A stretch of DNA of 64,000 nucleotides from Selaginella moellendorffii (GCF_000143415.4 NW_003314375.1:62001-126000), one strand, 5' to 3'; positions 1 to 12,126 are shown, numbered from the stretch's first letter. Notes: a model not told the origin generated them from the sequence alone. Made by a program: numbers and translations.

Positions 1-943
1 GAGGAGCAGTGCGTTGCGGTGGTCAAGCTGCTCCCACCCATGCAAGCAGCACTTCTCGACTGGGCCATCAATCTCATGGCCGACGTCGCGCAGGAGGAGG
101 CTTTCAACAAGATGAACGCTCGCAACGTTGGAATGGTCTTCGCACCAAACATGACACAGGCAAGCTTTTCTACTTTTTAATTTCTCGCGAGTCGTCTTCG
201 TCTTTTTATCTTTTTCTGGCCGAGCACACAGTCAAGTCTTCCCTGGAAATGCTTTGTTTTTTATCCCTTGTTCCGGACAGCATTTGGATTTGTTTGGTCG
301 TCGCGAGTCTTTGTTTTCTCGTCTCGGTTTTTTTTTTTCTTTCTTGTCGCTCCTTTTTTTCGTTCTTTGAGCTCCCGCAGAGCTCTCCAGAGCTTCGCTT
401 TAGTCCGTTCAGGCATTTCAAACGACTGATTGATATGCGGGACTTTGAAAATTCCCGTTTGTCCCTGGCGTGGCTTCGATTCGTGAGCTTTTGGGTGTCT
501 TCCCAAGTAGATTTGCAAGTGCTAGAATTTCTGTTCCTTCGCTTCTCACTGTCTCATCTCTTTAATTTTTATTCTGCTCCGTTCAGATGGCAGATCCGTT
601 GACAGCGCTCATGCACGCCGTCCAAGTGATGAATCTCCTCAAAACGTTGATCCTCCGGACGATTCGAGACAGGCAGGAGGTTCTGCTGGAATCGGGGCCT
701 CCTCTCTCGCTCCAGCCGCCCCCTCGCCGAGACGCCACCAGCGAGTCGAGGGTGGTGGCGAGCTTGAATCCCGCGAACTCCAACTTAAACTCGAGCTCAA
801 ACGCCAGGGGCCGCGAAGATCACTACGATGACTACTCCCACTGCGCGAGGTCCCACTCCAAGCAGTCCAGCATCTCCAAAGCTCGCGGAGGTAGCCTCGT
901 CAATAGAATCGATCAACACGTCGAGAGAGTCGAGGCCTGGTAA
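1..943 (+). CDS. Rho GTPase-activating protein (RopGAP), last two exons (<1-159, 587-943)
   Basis: Frame 1 reads LLDWAINLMADVAQEEAFNKMNARNVGMVFAPNMTQ and splices to MADPLTALMHAVQVMNLLKTLI..., the conserved plant RopGAP C-terminal GAP region, ending in RVEAW*. Intron 160-586 is GC..AG. Confidence 0.92.
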
Positions 944-1321
944 GAACAAACAGCAAACGAATGAACGCTACAAAAGAAGAGACGAACGAACCTTCTCTTC
1001 CGGACGAATAAAAGCTCCCACCATTCGTGGGAAGCACCATACAGGTTTTTCATTTTTTTCTCCTTCTTCGTTTTTTGGCACCTAGCACTGCAAAAGAAAA
1101 AAATAAGTAAAAAAGATTGTCGTTTTTGACAGGATCAACAAAAAGCTTACTTGTTTAACAGTAGAAAAGAGTTCTTGACGAAACCAGCAGCTAACTTCAC
1201 GCTGAAGTGACAGCTCGTTTCACCGCAAGGAACGTTCGGAACTTTCCCTGGCCGCTTCCACAGATTTCCATGCACGAACATAAAACCATGTCCTGGAGCA
1301 AACGAGCTCCAAGGAAGAAGA

Positions 1322-3622
1322 ATGTCGTCGTTGAGTTTGATCTTCTCGAGAGATGTCGAGGCCGGCAGAGCGATGGTTTTCCACGAGCAAGGAGCGACGA
1401 GCATAGAGATGGAGTCCCCGTTCTCACCCGCTGGAGCAGCGCCTTCCTCCGGCAGCCTGCGAGAAAAGAGCGTGAGAAAGCCATCGCCACCACCACCGGA
1501 GCACGAACTCATACTTGTAGCTTTGAGGCTCTCGGTGCTGGAGAAGGCCGCGAGTGGGCTGGGAGTCGTGGCATTCGTCTGGGCGACGGTGGTTTTGCTT
1601 GGGGGATTCGTCACCAGCCTGGAGGCCAGGGATTTCTGGATCATCTCCGTGCTGCTGCTCACCGAGGGGACGCGAGTTTTCAGCCGGAGCCACGAGCTGG
1701 AGTGGCAGCAAGCTGCACCGAGGATTTCCATTAGAACACGAGCAAAGTCGATCATAAACCATACCCGGCCAACCATCTTTGGAAGCTCCTCGCAGCCGGA
1801 TCTAGTCCCTGCTCACAAGCCCGAGACAAAGTTGTCAGATAAGAATTCGAGCGATCAAGGCGCAAGCTTTTTCACTGCCAACCGAATCAGTGCTCTCCTT
1901 TACGTCATGCAACTCGCGTCGGCTCTCGTCTGCGTTGGGTTGTCGGTCACTCGACTTTCCACTGCAGAGCTCAGCGGAATTTCCACCAAGAACAAGAACC
2001 AAGACTACGCTCTCGGTATTTTCTACTCGCTCGTCCTTGCCGAGGCCTTGATCTTTCTAGCGGAGAGAGCTTACTGGGAGTTTCAAGTTGGCTACAAAGG
2101 ACTGGTTTCTAGGGTGACTCGGGAGTGCCGGCTCGGGACGGATCAAATCGACAACGTCAAGCGCTTTTACTATGAAGTATACTCGGACTGTCTCAAAGGC
2201 AGTGTTTTCGATGGACTCGGCATGGATCTTGTGGCCTATGGAATGGATGATCTCCAGGAGAACAACGCAAGGGAGCAACTCGGGGGCGCTTGTATCCTGC
2301 TGGCGTTTCTAGAACGGGAGGATCTTGCAGAGGAGACGATGAGGAGAATCGGAACGAAACCGGGAGTTATAGAGCGGCTGATAGAAATGCTTACTTGGAA
2401 AGAGAAGTACGAGGAAGATATCCAACGAGTGGCTGCACAAATTGTTTGCCAAGTTGCCTGCCAGAAGAGCGTCTCGTTTAGAATCATCGCCATCGCTGGA
2501 GCTTTGGAGAACATTGCCTCCCTTCTTCATGATCGCCAGCTTCGCCTGGTTGGCCTGCGAATCCTGAAGAGAATAGCGACCGATCAGCAAAACTGCGTCA
2601 AGATTGGAAACACTGGAGGCATGTTACCGATTCTCGTGACTCTGATCGAGATCAAGGACGGGTTCGAGCTGAAAAAAAAGGGAAGAGATGAGCTCAAGGT
2701 GCTGAAGAAATCGCTCCAGATTCTAAAACGCATGGCGACAACAACAGGCTACCAAGGGAAGCTCTTGCGAGAAGACATTGCAAAGGTGGTGTTCACGATC
2801 AGGCACCTAAGAAACATCCTCGAGCACGCACAAAACCATCCACTTCTACAAGAACTCGCTCTCGACATCCTCACGAACCTGGCTCTGGACGACTGCGCGA
2901 GAGAGAACATCGGCAGCACGGGTGGGATCATCCGGAACATCCTCCAGATCTTTCTACAAGACACGGCACAAGCGACTGCAAACAGCAAGCTACGTTTGTG
3001 CCAGAAAGCTGGTGAAGCACTCAACGTCTTGGCGCTGAGAAGCCCGGGAAACTGCCGGAGAATGTGTAGAGGCGACGAGAAAACTCTGGACCAGATCATC
3101 GCCAAACTCGCGGACAATCCAAAGCTCGCGACTCGCGCGGCGAAGATCCTTCGCAACCTCTGTGCGTTTTTGAGCCAAGAGGAAGCGCGTAGAGTGGCGA
3201 CCTCCACGCCAAAACTTCTAGAGTTTATCCTTGTCGCGGAAGGAAAAGAGCTAGAAGCGGCTCTAGGACTAGCAGCAGCCACAGTTCCACACTCAAACAA
3301 ATCCTCTCTAGACAAACACATCGACTCGAGAGCTCTAGCGCACAAAATCGCGGGGATTCTACGCCGACCACCGCCCTCCCACAAGCTCTTGCGGCTCAGG
3401 CGCTACGCTGTGGAGCTGCTCACGGTTCTCGCCAAAAGCAGCGAGAGATTCAAGCGAGAGATCCAAGAAGCGGGCACTGCAATGCATCTAAGACAAATGC
3501 TGGACACGATCTCGGACGTGGAGAATTTCTACACCTTCTCGGGGGAGTTCGGACTCACCAGGCATGTCAAGACGATGGAATGTCTTCTCGCGCTCGCGCA
3601 GCGGGCGCTCGAAGAACCCTAA
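1322..3622 (+). CDS. Plant ARM-repeat superfamily protein with N-terminal transmembrane segments
   Basis: Intronless 766-aa ORF with motifs LEKAASGLG..FVWATVVLLGGF, DFW.IS.LLL.EGTRVFSRSHELEWQ, ALAEALIFL.E and repeated KIGNTGG/NIGSTGG ARM-like units. Confidence 0.85.
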   Translation: MSSLSLIFSRDVEAGRAMVFHEQGATSIEMESPFSPAGAAPSSGSLREKSVRKPSPPPPEHELILVALRLSVLEKAASGLGVVAFVWATVVLLGGFVTSLEARDFWIISVLLLTEGTRVFSRSHELEWQQAAPRISIRTRAKSIINHTRPTIFGSSSQPDLVPAHKPETKLSDKNSSDQGASFFTANRISALLYVMQLASALVCVGLSVTRLSTAELSGISTKNKNQDYALGIFYSLVLAEALIFLAERAYWEFQVGYKGLVSRVTRECRLGTDQIDNVKRFYYEVYSDCLKGSVFDGLGMDLVAYGMDDLQENNAREQLGGACILLAFLEREDLAEETMRRIGTKPGVIERLIEMLTWKEKYEEDIQRVAAQIVCQVACQKSVSFRIIAIAGALENIASLLHDRQLRLVGLRILKRIATDQQNCVKIGNTGGMLPILVTLIEIKDGFELKKKGRDELKVLKKSLQILKRMATTTGYQGKLLREDIAKVVFTIRHLRNILEHAQNHPLLQELALDILTNLALDDCARENIGSTGGIIRNILQIFLQDTAQATANSKLRLCQKAGEALNVLALRSPGNCRRMCRGDEKTLDQIIAKLADNPKLATRAAKILRNLCAFLSQEEARRVATSTPKLLEFILVAEGKELEAALGLAAATVPHSNKSSLDKHIDSRALAHKIAGILRRPPPSHKLLRLRRYAVELLTVLAKSSERFKREIQEAGTAMHLRQMLDTISDVENFYTFSGEFGLTRHVKTMECLLALAQRALEEP

Positions 3623-4153
3623 AATATGGCGCCCTAAGAATATTCCAAACATTCTTGTGCGATTTTACCCAGTTCTTTTGAATGGTATAGATTTGTCTTA
3701 TCTGGTTTCTTTTTCCTTTCATCATAAAGAACTGTTATGATTAACTAGAAAATAGAAGGACCATATACCCATGTGGACCCTTTGTTTGCAACTGCCTTGC
3801 AAATTGATGCTTGTGCCAATAAGTACGGCAAATATGAAATTCAATTATAGAGCCACTCCAAATTTCAAAAAGAAAGGTGTGGTCCAAAGGCTCAGAGAAT
3901 AATATCGAGCGAGGAACATTCCCTTGCGAATATACTAGCATCTGGTGGTGGAATATGCCTGCTCCGGCCTTTTATACTGGTCCGAACGCTCAGAAATAAT
4001 TTGTAGGGTTTTACAGTTCTTTCTTTTGTGCCGCGATTCGATCGATCGTCACGACTGGCCGCATTGTGATTGTGATCGATTCTTCAGCAGGGATTTCGGG
4101 AGCGCACGGCCCCGGCGGCATTGATTTCTCCTTGCTCTGCCACGAGCCGAGCT

Positions 4154-7100
4154 ATGATCGTCCTGATATGGCTCCTGCTGTGCATCACCGCCGGGGCCGT
4201 GTGCGCGATGGAAAAGCTCCAGGAATCGAGCAAGACGCGGCGCTGGAAGGAGGATCTTCGATGCCTGGCCACAATGTGGTTTGGGAGGATCAAGGGGGAA
4301 TCGCACAAGCAGCGCCTCGATTCCTTCTACAGCTCCCAGGCCAATGCATGTAAGTTCCAGTCCCTCCCTTTTCCCCCAAAATCTTCCGATATTTCCATCC
4401 TCGGCCGAAATTTCTCACGATTCCCTCCTCCAGATGATCACTTCCGCGCGGGATTCCTCCACGGCCGCGAGCAGATGCTGGCTTCTTGCGCGGCGCGCCT
4501 CCGCGGATCATCCGACCTCGTCTGGGTTGACTTGGGCGGCGGCACTGCTGAGAACGTCAAGATGATGTCCAAGTACATGGACCTGAGCTCGTTCCGGAAG
4601 ATCTACGTCGTGGATCTTTGCTCGGCGCTGTGCAACGTGGCCGCGGCAAAGTCCAAAAGATTTGGTTGGAGTAACGTCGAGGTGATTGAGGGCGACGCAT
4701 GCGAGTTCCAGCCCCGAGGCCAGGCCGCGACACTTGTGACCTTCTCCTATTCATTGTCAAGTAAGTGAAGTGTTTGTACGAGAACTTCTTTTCTCGTTTG
4801 TCCTCACTGCGTTTGCTTTCGTTGCTTGTTACATCGACAGTTGGTCTTTTCTGTGTGTGTGTTTTATTGATCAACAGTTTTTTCGCATTGCTGGACTTTT
4901 TATATTGTTTCCTTTGGCAGTTTCGATGTGTAACTGTCGCAGCTCGTTTATAATGGATTGGACTGTTTATTCTTTTGCAGTGATCCCACCATTCATGAAA
5001 GTCGTAGACAAGGCGTTGACTTATCTCGCGGATGACGGGATCATGGGTGTGACAGATTTTTACACCTCCGCCAAGTATGATAAGCCCAACCGTCAGCATT
5101 CGTGGCTTAACCGCTGGTTTTGGAGATCCGTGTTTGACTTGGATGGCATTGACTTGGGGCCGGAGCGCAGAACCTACCTGGAACACAAGCTCGAACCAGG
5201 TGTGGTATGTCGTGGTTTGTGCTTTCATTTTCTAAAGCTTAATGCACTGGCTTTGTTTTAGTTTGTGAGTTTAATGGCAGTGGGAGAATTCCTTATGTCC
5301 CAGTGTTGGAGGCTCCCTACTACATCTGGATTGGTCGAAAAATCGGACGCCATGGTAAAGGGGGGGCTCGTACTAGTGTTGATTGTCGGCAGCTTAGCTT
5401 TTCATTCATTATCTTTTCAGATCAAAACTTGCAGCGGTTTCCGATAAGGGCCTCGGATGATTTGGAAGCCAAACGTCCAAGCTCGTTCCCTCCAACATTT
5501 CTGTACTCCTTGTCGTGGGAAGATCCTCGTGAAGATGAGAAGGTTTTGGACATTAATCCATCAGACGTTGTCTTGACACTTACTTCTGGAGGGTGCAATG
5601 CTCTGGATTTAGTCCTTCAAGTAAGTCATTTCTCTTCCCTCTGAAGTTTATAATCTCAGCACCACCACATTTTGTCAGGGTGCGAAACAAGTGGTTGCTG
5701 TTGATATGAATCCTGCTCAAAGCTACCTTCTTGAACTTAAGCGTCTGGCAACAACGAGGTAAAGCCTCTTGAAAATTCTTGATTTCCTCACATCTGAACT
5801 GTGCAGGCTTTCTTTTGAGGATGCCTGGAAAATGTTTGGAGAGGGCGTACATCCAACCTTCGAAAGCTTGCTGGAAAAGGAACTCGTTCCCTTTCTTAGC
5901 CAGGGGGCTGTGAATTTCTGGTAAGTAGCAAATTTTCTTATATCTCCGTGTGAAGAGCTGTGTTTATTTATTCCAGGAGAAAAAAAGCCAGGTACTTCAA
6001 GGATGGATTGTACTACCACGGTAACATGGAACTTACTCTGCTATGATGCCTCTAATCTACAAAGTTATGCAGGTGGTATGGGTCGACTCATTCGAGCAGT
6101 AAGGGCGCTTGCAAGGCTTACACGAAAGGTTCTTCCAGCCAAAATTTTGAGCAAGGTTATCTGAATCTGTTGTTTTTCTTCACAGGAGCGCTTCATCGAG
6201 TCTCTTGTTAATGCGCCCACGCTACAACAACAAAGAGAGCTCTGGTATAATGCATCCGCATGCACCAAAAGTAACTGTCTCACTTTGATTGCCTGAGCAG
6301 GTTCGCTTGTGTAGGAAACTGGCTATCACAAGCTGGGATTTTTGCGAAGATGGTATCTTTCTTCGTAACCAACAGATTCACGATGTGGTTTTGTGCTGGA
6401 GTGTGCAAAGGCCAGCTTCGTCTGCTACGCAAGGAGGGCAACTTATACAAGTAAGACATCTTTCTCAGGCGTGATTCTCATTGAACCACTTGTCCTTTGT
6501 TTTCACAGCTACATTGTCCGCTGTCTAAATTCAACAGCTGCGTATTCACATCTCCGAGACAGCAACTACTTTTACCGCTGCTGCCTGACTGGGAAGTTTT
6601 CATCTAACTGCTGTCCTCGTTTCCTGGAAAAGGAAAACTTCCACAAACTCAAGGTACTACACACGAACGACTTGCCATGGATTTCAAGACTTTTGAGCTG
6701 TGTTGCAGACAAGGCTTGCTGCGGAGGAGTGCCTGTTGATCCGGACAGCCACATTTGTGGAGGAGCTTTCGAAGCGAATGTACACCAAGGTACGTACCTG
6801 GAACTTCTTGTTTGGTGAAATGCTGTGTATTGCTTGGTGCTCAGGTGATTTTGATGGACCACGTCGACTGGCTAGAACAAAGCGACGTCGATGTCCTTTG
6901 CAAAGCGCTGCAAGCACATGTAATTGTAAGTAGTTGCCAATTTCTACACTGTCGATTACCTCACACTTGTGATTTCTACTTGGTTTTTAGCCTGGAGGCC
7001 GCGTGATCTGGCGCAGTGCGTCGCGATCTCCAAGCTACGCCAATTGCATCGAGAAATCTGGATTCAAAGGTTCGAAGTTCTTTCCTTTTTGGAACTGTTT

Positions 7101-7335
7101 TTGGAAGCTAAGAACCAATTGTTTCTGCGCAGTGATCCAAGTAGCAACGAGCAAGGCTTACATGGACAGAGTAAACATGTACGCGAGCTTCTTCGTGGCT
7201 GTTCGCGTGGGTGGATTGGCATCCATCAAAATTCCAATCCATCCATCATCGAGGCTTCACGATCACAAGCTGGATCCTAAAGAACCCGAGTCGCCGGACT
7301 CGGTGCTACCAGCGCCATTGTGGATCGAGATTTGA
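4154..7335 (+). CDS. BTA1: Betaine lipid (DGTS) synthase, BtaB methyltransferase + BtaA fusion, multi-exon
   Basis: Exons give RLDSFYSSQANAYDHFR..FLHGR, WVDLGGGTAENV, LVTFSYSLSMIPPF, FLYSLSWEDP, VLTLTSGGCNAL, VDMNPAQSYLLELK, NYFYRCCLTGKF, KVILMDHVDWL, PGGRVIWRSAS and YMDRVNMYASF. Introns are short GT-AG (e.g. 4350-4433, 4761-4980). Confidence 0.93.
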
Positions 7336-8419
7336 TCGATCATTCCTTCCTCTTCTCCACTGACGTCTATCGATTCTTATATATAATTGGAACATAACCA
7401 TTGCTAATCAGCCCAAGGAATATATTTGGCCCAAACCATATAAATTGACTATCCATCATGGGATCTGCACAGCAAACTCCCGAAGCAGAGGTTATGTAGA
7501 ATTTGCTGCATCGCCTTAAACATGCTGCATATCAAAAAAAATTTAAAAAATGGTGGTACTCCTTTCATGGCGAAAAACCGCAGCCACCTTCGCAGGACTA
7601 GGACTACTTTCCACGATCAATTCAGGTGCATATTGTTGGACTAAAATACCCCCTGAAAGCCAGGAGCGCTGAGCAGCACTAGACCTTGCAGCAGCAACAG
7701 ATCCAGGAGTGATCATATTATGCACTCTTGGAGCCACAGCATTCCAGGCTTCACACACACAGAATTCCCATGCTCAATGCTAGAACAATAGTTGGAGTTT
7801 GAGAAGAAGGTTATGGCATAAAGAAAACAATATTAACAAACAAATATGTTTTTCTTTGGGCATCTTGTTGGAACCTTGGCAAGATTATGATACTATATGG
7901 ATCGATTGCCATGGCAGGCTGGGGAGGCATTTGTTGCACTGTATTCTTTAAAAATCATGTGCTCTGAAACTGAATTATCAAGTGGTAAAAACTTCAGGTA
8001 ACAAGTAAACTAGTTGACAAGGTCTTTTATCTCTTGTACTCTAATAACCCTAAAATTTCACTTTCGAAAACTTAACTGCTCGGTCGTGATCCAGCCACAG
8101 ATGGTGCCTCACATGAAGGCAATACAGTCATGGAGAAAAATATCAAACTACAACACTAATGTCACAATAAATAACCATGAAAGAAAAAAGCAATATAACT
8201 TAATATGGTTATGGAAATAAAAAATGAAAATAAAACAAATAGCTCAAATTATATACCAATACAGCTATAGAACTCAAATCTCCCCTTTCTTACCAAATCA
8301 TAATTAAAATTTGAAAACACTCTAATTTCTTATGTAGCTTTGTTCATAGAATGGTCACTCTTTTCATATCATCCTCAATTTCTTATGTAACTTTGTCCAT
8401 AAAATGACCATTCCATTGA

Positions 8420-8950
8420 ATTAACAACTCTTGAGTTATTTTATAGTGTATTTTCACTAATCTTTAAATAAGAATATTGGCCAAACTAACCTTCTCAACA
8501 TCAATCTTTAAGACTTGGATGACGGATTGATCTATAACATCACTATAGTGTATACATATTTTAAGTTTGCTTACATGGAACATTAAATGAATTTTTGAAC
8601 TAATTGGCAAGTCTAAAATACTGTAAAATCATCCAAGGCCCACAATACTGTGAAGACAATGTAACACTAACCTCCTTTCAGAGACTATTTTACATTTAAC
8701 AGTTTAAAGAAAACTTCATTACCAACTTTGTACTTTTTGATAATGATGATGCTCATCAGCTAATCTTTTATCTTTTTCTTAAGCTTGTTTCATGTTCAAC
8801 TTTGTCAACTTAAACTTATCTTGTATATCCTCTAAGAAATCACAAATATAAAACACCCAAACCAAAGTTAAATTTAAACTCATGGAAAACCACATTAGCT
8901 GATTAATGAGCATTATTATGAGTAAATTTAAAGTGTGTTTACAGTCTGGT
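8420..8950 (-). mobile_element. Decayed Ty3/gypsy integrase C-terminal relic
   Basis: Minus-strand remnants MKQA..K..AD.H...KYKVG..VF, YCGP and FHVSKLK with stops. Duplicated at ~23690-24180. Confidence 0.6.
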
Positions 8951-8989
8951 GATGTCATATCATAATGGAGCTTATGATTTGGCTTCACC

Positions 8990-9645
8990 TAATTGCTTTC
9001 CAGCCTCCACCCATATATCTAGCATTGCAATTGAAAGTTGAGCCAGAAGTCTCTTCGTCTCAGCACCAAGGAAACAAAAGTTGGGTTCAAAACCATAAAC
9101 TGTTATTGTCCACTATCTTCTTGCCATAAGCTTCGTCATCCTGCCAGATCCTTCCTTTGTTGGCACTAGCTCTTTAAATTTTGGTTCTTGGACACTGATG
9201 AGGACCGTCACCACTTTGATTTGGATTGCTGCGACTTGCATGTTATTGTTGGCTTTGTACATGATTACAATGCAGCTGCTCAACTCCCCCTGCTTAACCA
9301 GCATTTAAACTGTTAATAGAGATCGCAGCAGATTCATCCAGGCCGCTGCATGCCTCGTCAACCTGTGCCTCCCCCCAGCCCAGCAATCGTTGGAGATAAT
9401 CCCGGAGAGGAATGCGGCATAAGTAGTAGTCACCCTTGTACAAGCTCCAACAAGCTTGCAGCAAGATGAGCTTCACTATGAATTCCCCCCGATGTCCAGC
9501 ATCCACATAGCCATTGTAGCAGCCGTTCAGGAACAGCCCTAGAGCAACTTCTAGAGGCTCGGCCACAAGAATACTCATGTGAGAAGCGACAAGAAGTGGC
9601 TTTGAGCACTCCGCGGGCATATCTCCAGGCCCGCTGATGCAAGCG
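8990..9645 (-). pseudogene. Internally deleted fragment of the Crinkler-like NTPase-REase gene
   Basis: Colinear with 18433-19365 (LLVASHMSIL, EPLEVALGLFLNGCYNGYVDAGHRGEFIVKLILL) but with many internal deletions. Confidence 0.9.
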
Positions 9646-9659
9646 ATAATACTCTGGAT

Positions 9660-9820
9660 GGGTACGTACCTTGAACATCTTGTTGGGTTCAGTCTTTGAA
9701 ATGCTGTGTATTGCTTGGTGCTCAGGTGATTTTGATAGACCACGTCGATCTCCTTTGCAAAGCACTCCACGTAAGTAGCTGCGAATTTGTACACTCTCGA
9801 GTCTCGAACACCCTCACACT
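9660..9820 (+). pseudogene. BTA1 intron/exon fragments
   Basis: ggtacgtacc...gaaatgctgtgtattgcttggtgctcaggtgattttgat.gaccacgtcga matches 6789-6870; the following gtaagtag.tgc.aattt matches the intron at 6926. Confidence 0.85.
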
Positions 9821-10009
9821 CACATGGGCCATTTTTTAGCAAAACTACTTGAATTTTCGAGACAAGAATTGCAGTTGCAGAATTTTCGAGTTAGTTTCGG
9901 GCGCGGTGGCAGGGCAGCGGGGCGGCGGTGGCGGTGGCGGTGGCGGCAGAGCGGCGCGGCCGGGGGCTGGCCAGTGTGGTGCTGGGTGGGCGGTGGCAGC
10001 ACGAGCATC

Positions 10010-10800
10010 CACATTGATGAAACGTTCTCGCAGTCAAGGCTCCACCTGTGATGATCGTCACTTAGCAAACGAATGAATGGAAAAATATCTCGAAGCTTAC
10101 CATTGAGTTGACACTTGACGAGAGTGAAACCTCTTGAATGGCTTCACCTCCTTTGGACAATGTAAGTGGATCCTGCCTGCCTGCTCGCTTAGCTCCATCC
10201 CAGTGACACTGCGGCCCGGTGTGGTCATCAAGCTGAGGAAAAACCATAGTTTTGATAAACAAACAAAACTGGAGTTCCAAATCCCTCTCTCCATCGCAGC
10301 CAGAGCACTGAAAAAACAAACACCAAGTGTAAAGAGCTTGCATATCTCAAGAGAAAACTTAACAGTGATACTTACAGTGAGCCAGTGTAAGAATAGGAAC
10401 TTCCAGGGAGAGAAGCCATGCTAAGTCGTGCATACTCACGGATTACATAAACCTTGAATAGATGAGTTAAGAGTGAACATGCAAGAAACACTATACAAAA
10501 TTACTTACTGGAAGTGCCGTGACCAGGAGCCTTGAATAATAGCGCAGCTGCTTGACAACCTCCTCTTTATTCTTACCTGGAAGGAGTCTAATAGTACTTG
10601 TCAGGGTATTGTCAAAACTCCTTCCAAGGTAAATGCCACACTTGTCCCCCGTCGAAGCACCTGGAAAACATACACACTTTAGTTTGGATGATCAGAGAAT
10701 CATAGCATACCTCAATATAATTCTTGTAGTTGCATTTTCTGTCTGGGTTCGTTATAGGAGCGTGAGGATTGTGAATGCATAGCTCGTTATCAATCACATG
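10010..10800 (-). pseudogene. Unidentified multi-exon gene fragment
   Basis: Several short gtaag/gtatg...cag introns on the minus strand (e.g. ~10044-10100, ~10661-10710) join coding-like pieces (NYKNYIE|VLRRGTSVAFTLEG). No family recognised. Confidence 0.3.
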
Positions 10801-11211
10801 TACTTGTGTCTTTCAACCTGTTTGAACCAGAAGTTTGCTAGTGAGCAAAGGAAAGTACATATCTTACAGGAAGTTCGTCCAGTGGCCATCTCTCGGTCAA
10901 TCATCTAGTGGACCTGCAGCTCACATCCACTATGACACCTCCAAAAGCTGGTTGAAGATACTCCAAAGCCATTTTAAGCTGAAACACATTAGCAGCGTCT
11001 GGATTCCTCTGCTAAACAACTGGTAATGTTATGCTTTTCTTCGTTTCCTAGCTTTGGTCCTTAGTTTGCATTCCAGACAAGTACAGGCGCAACTTGGATC
11101 ATCCCATAGATTTCTTGTTCTTCCGGAGTTCACGGAACGATGATTTCGTAAGGAGAATATCGTTGAATCTTATTGTCAGGAGCAAATAGGATAGGTTTCT
11201 CTAGGGCGAGA

Positions 11212-12126
11212 ATGCTGCTCTCCTCTTCGCGATCGTTCTTTACATTCGCCTGCGGCATCAGGTCAAACCCAGCGCGCGGCGAGTCGCGGCGAGTCGCGGC
11301 GGCAGGGGCACGGCGATCATCCGATGCTCGCGCAGCAAGACGGGCAGCGCGTGGCGGAGCAGCAGCGACAAGGAGGAGGCGCGCAAGATCCTGGAGAGGG
11401 GCAAGAAGGAGCTGGGGCCATACCCTGGCAGGGGCAAGGTCGTGAGGAACAAGGCGCTGGTGCTGGAGCTGGCCAAGGGATTTAGGGGCAAGAAGGTGCA
11501 CAGGATTGCGCGGGATCGGGTCGCCAAGGCCCTGGAGCACTCGTATCGCGATAGGCGGAGGAAGAAGAGAGATTTCCACAAGCTGTGGATCACGAGAATT
11601 GGGGCTGCTGCTCGACTCCACGGGGTAAGAATCGCGTTCTTCCTCAACATTCTTCTTCTTGTTAGTTCTATTTCTTCTCCACATCTTCTCTTCTTCACAG
11701 TTTCTTCTTCTAAGTTCTATTTCTTCTCCACATTCTTCACGGTTTCTTCTTCTTATCAATGCTCTATTTGTCAGTTTCTTTTTCTTCTTATCGAAGTTTT
11801 ATTTCTTCTCCACATTCTTCACAGTTCTTCTCCTTCACAAGTTCTCTTTTTTCCTCCACATTCTCTTCTCGTCAGAATTTGGGCCAAGCTGACTGACTCT
11901 TTTGTCTTTCTTTCTGGATAGCTTGGGTATAGCGAATTCATGCACGGGCTCAATCGCCAGAAAGTGGAGCTCAATCGCCAGCTACTGGCAAACATGGCGA
12001 TCTTGGATCCGGATTCTTTCAAGAGCCTGGCAGACTCAGTCTCCTCTCTTCCTCCGCTTAAGGTAAGTCTACTTATGCCTTTCTTTCTTTTCTTTTGACG
12101 ATTCATCTTGTTGCTCGCAGTCCTGA
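11212..12126 (+). CDS. RPL20: Organellar 50S ribosomal protein L20 with N-terminal extension (apparent frameshift in the extension)
   Basis: RNKALVLELAKGFRG..RIARDRVAKALEHSYRDRRRKKRDF.KLWITRIGAAARLHG | LGYSEFMHGL..LNRQLLANMAILDPDSFKSL. Introns 11625-11921 and 12063-12120; stop at 12124-12126. The start at 11212 is tentative. Confidence 0.85.
11640..11870 (+). repeat. Degenerate pyrimidine-rich tandem repeat inside the RPL20 intron
   Basis: atttcttctccaca(t)tcttc..cacagtt(t)cttct recurs 3-4 times. Confidence 0.7.

Noticed and set aside
9-602. 197-aa ORF
   Set aside because: Out-of-frame overlap of the RopGAP exon plus intron.
6241-6300. Possible GC donor in BTA1
   Set aside because: A canonical TG|GTATAA donor gives the correct frame (ELWFACVGNW...MWFCAGV).
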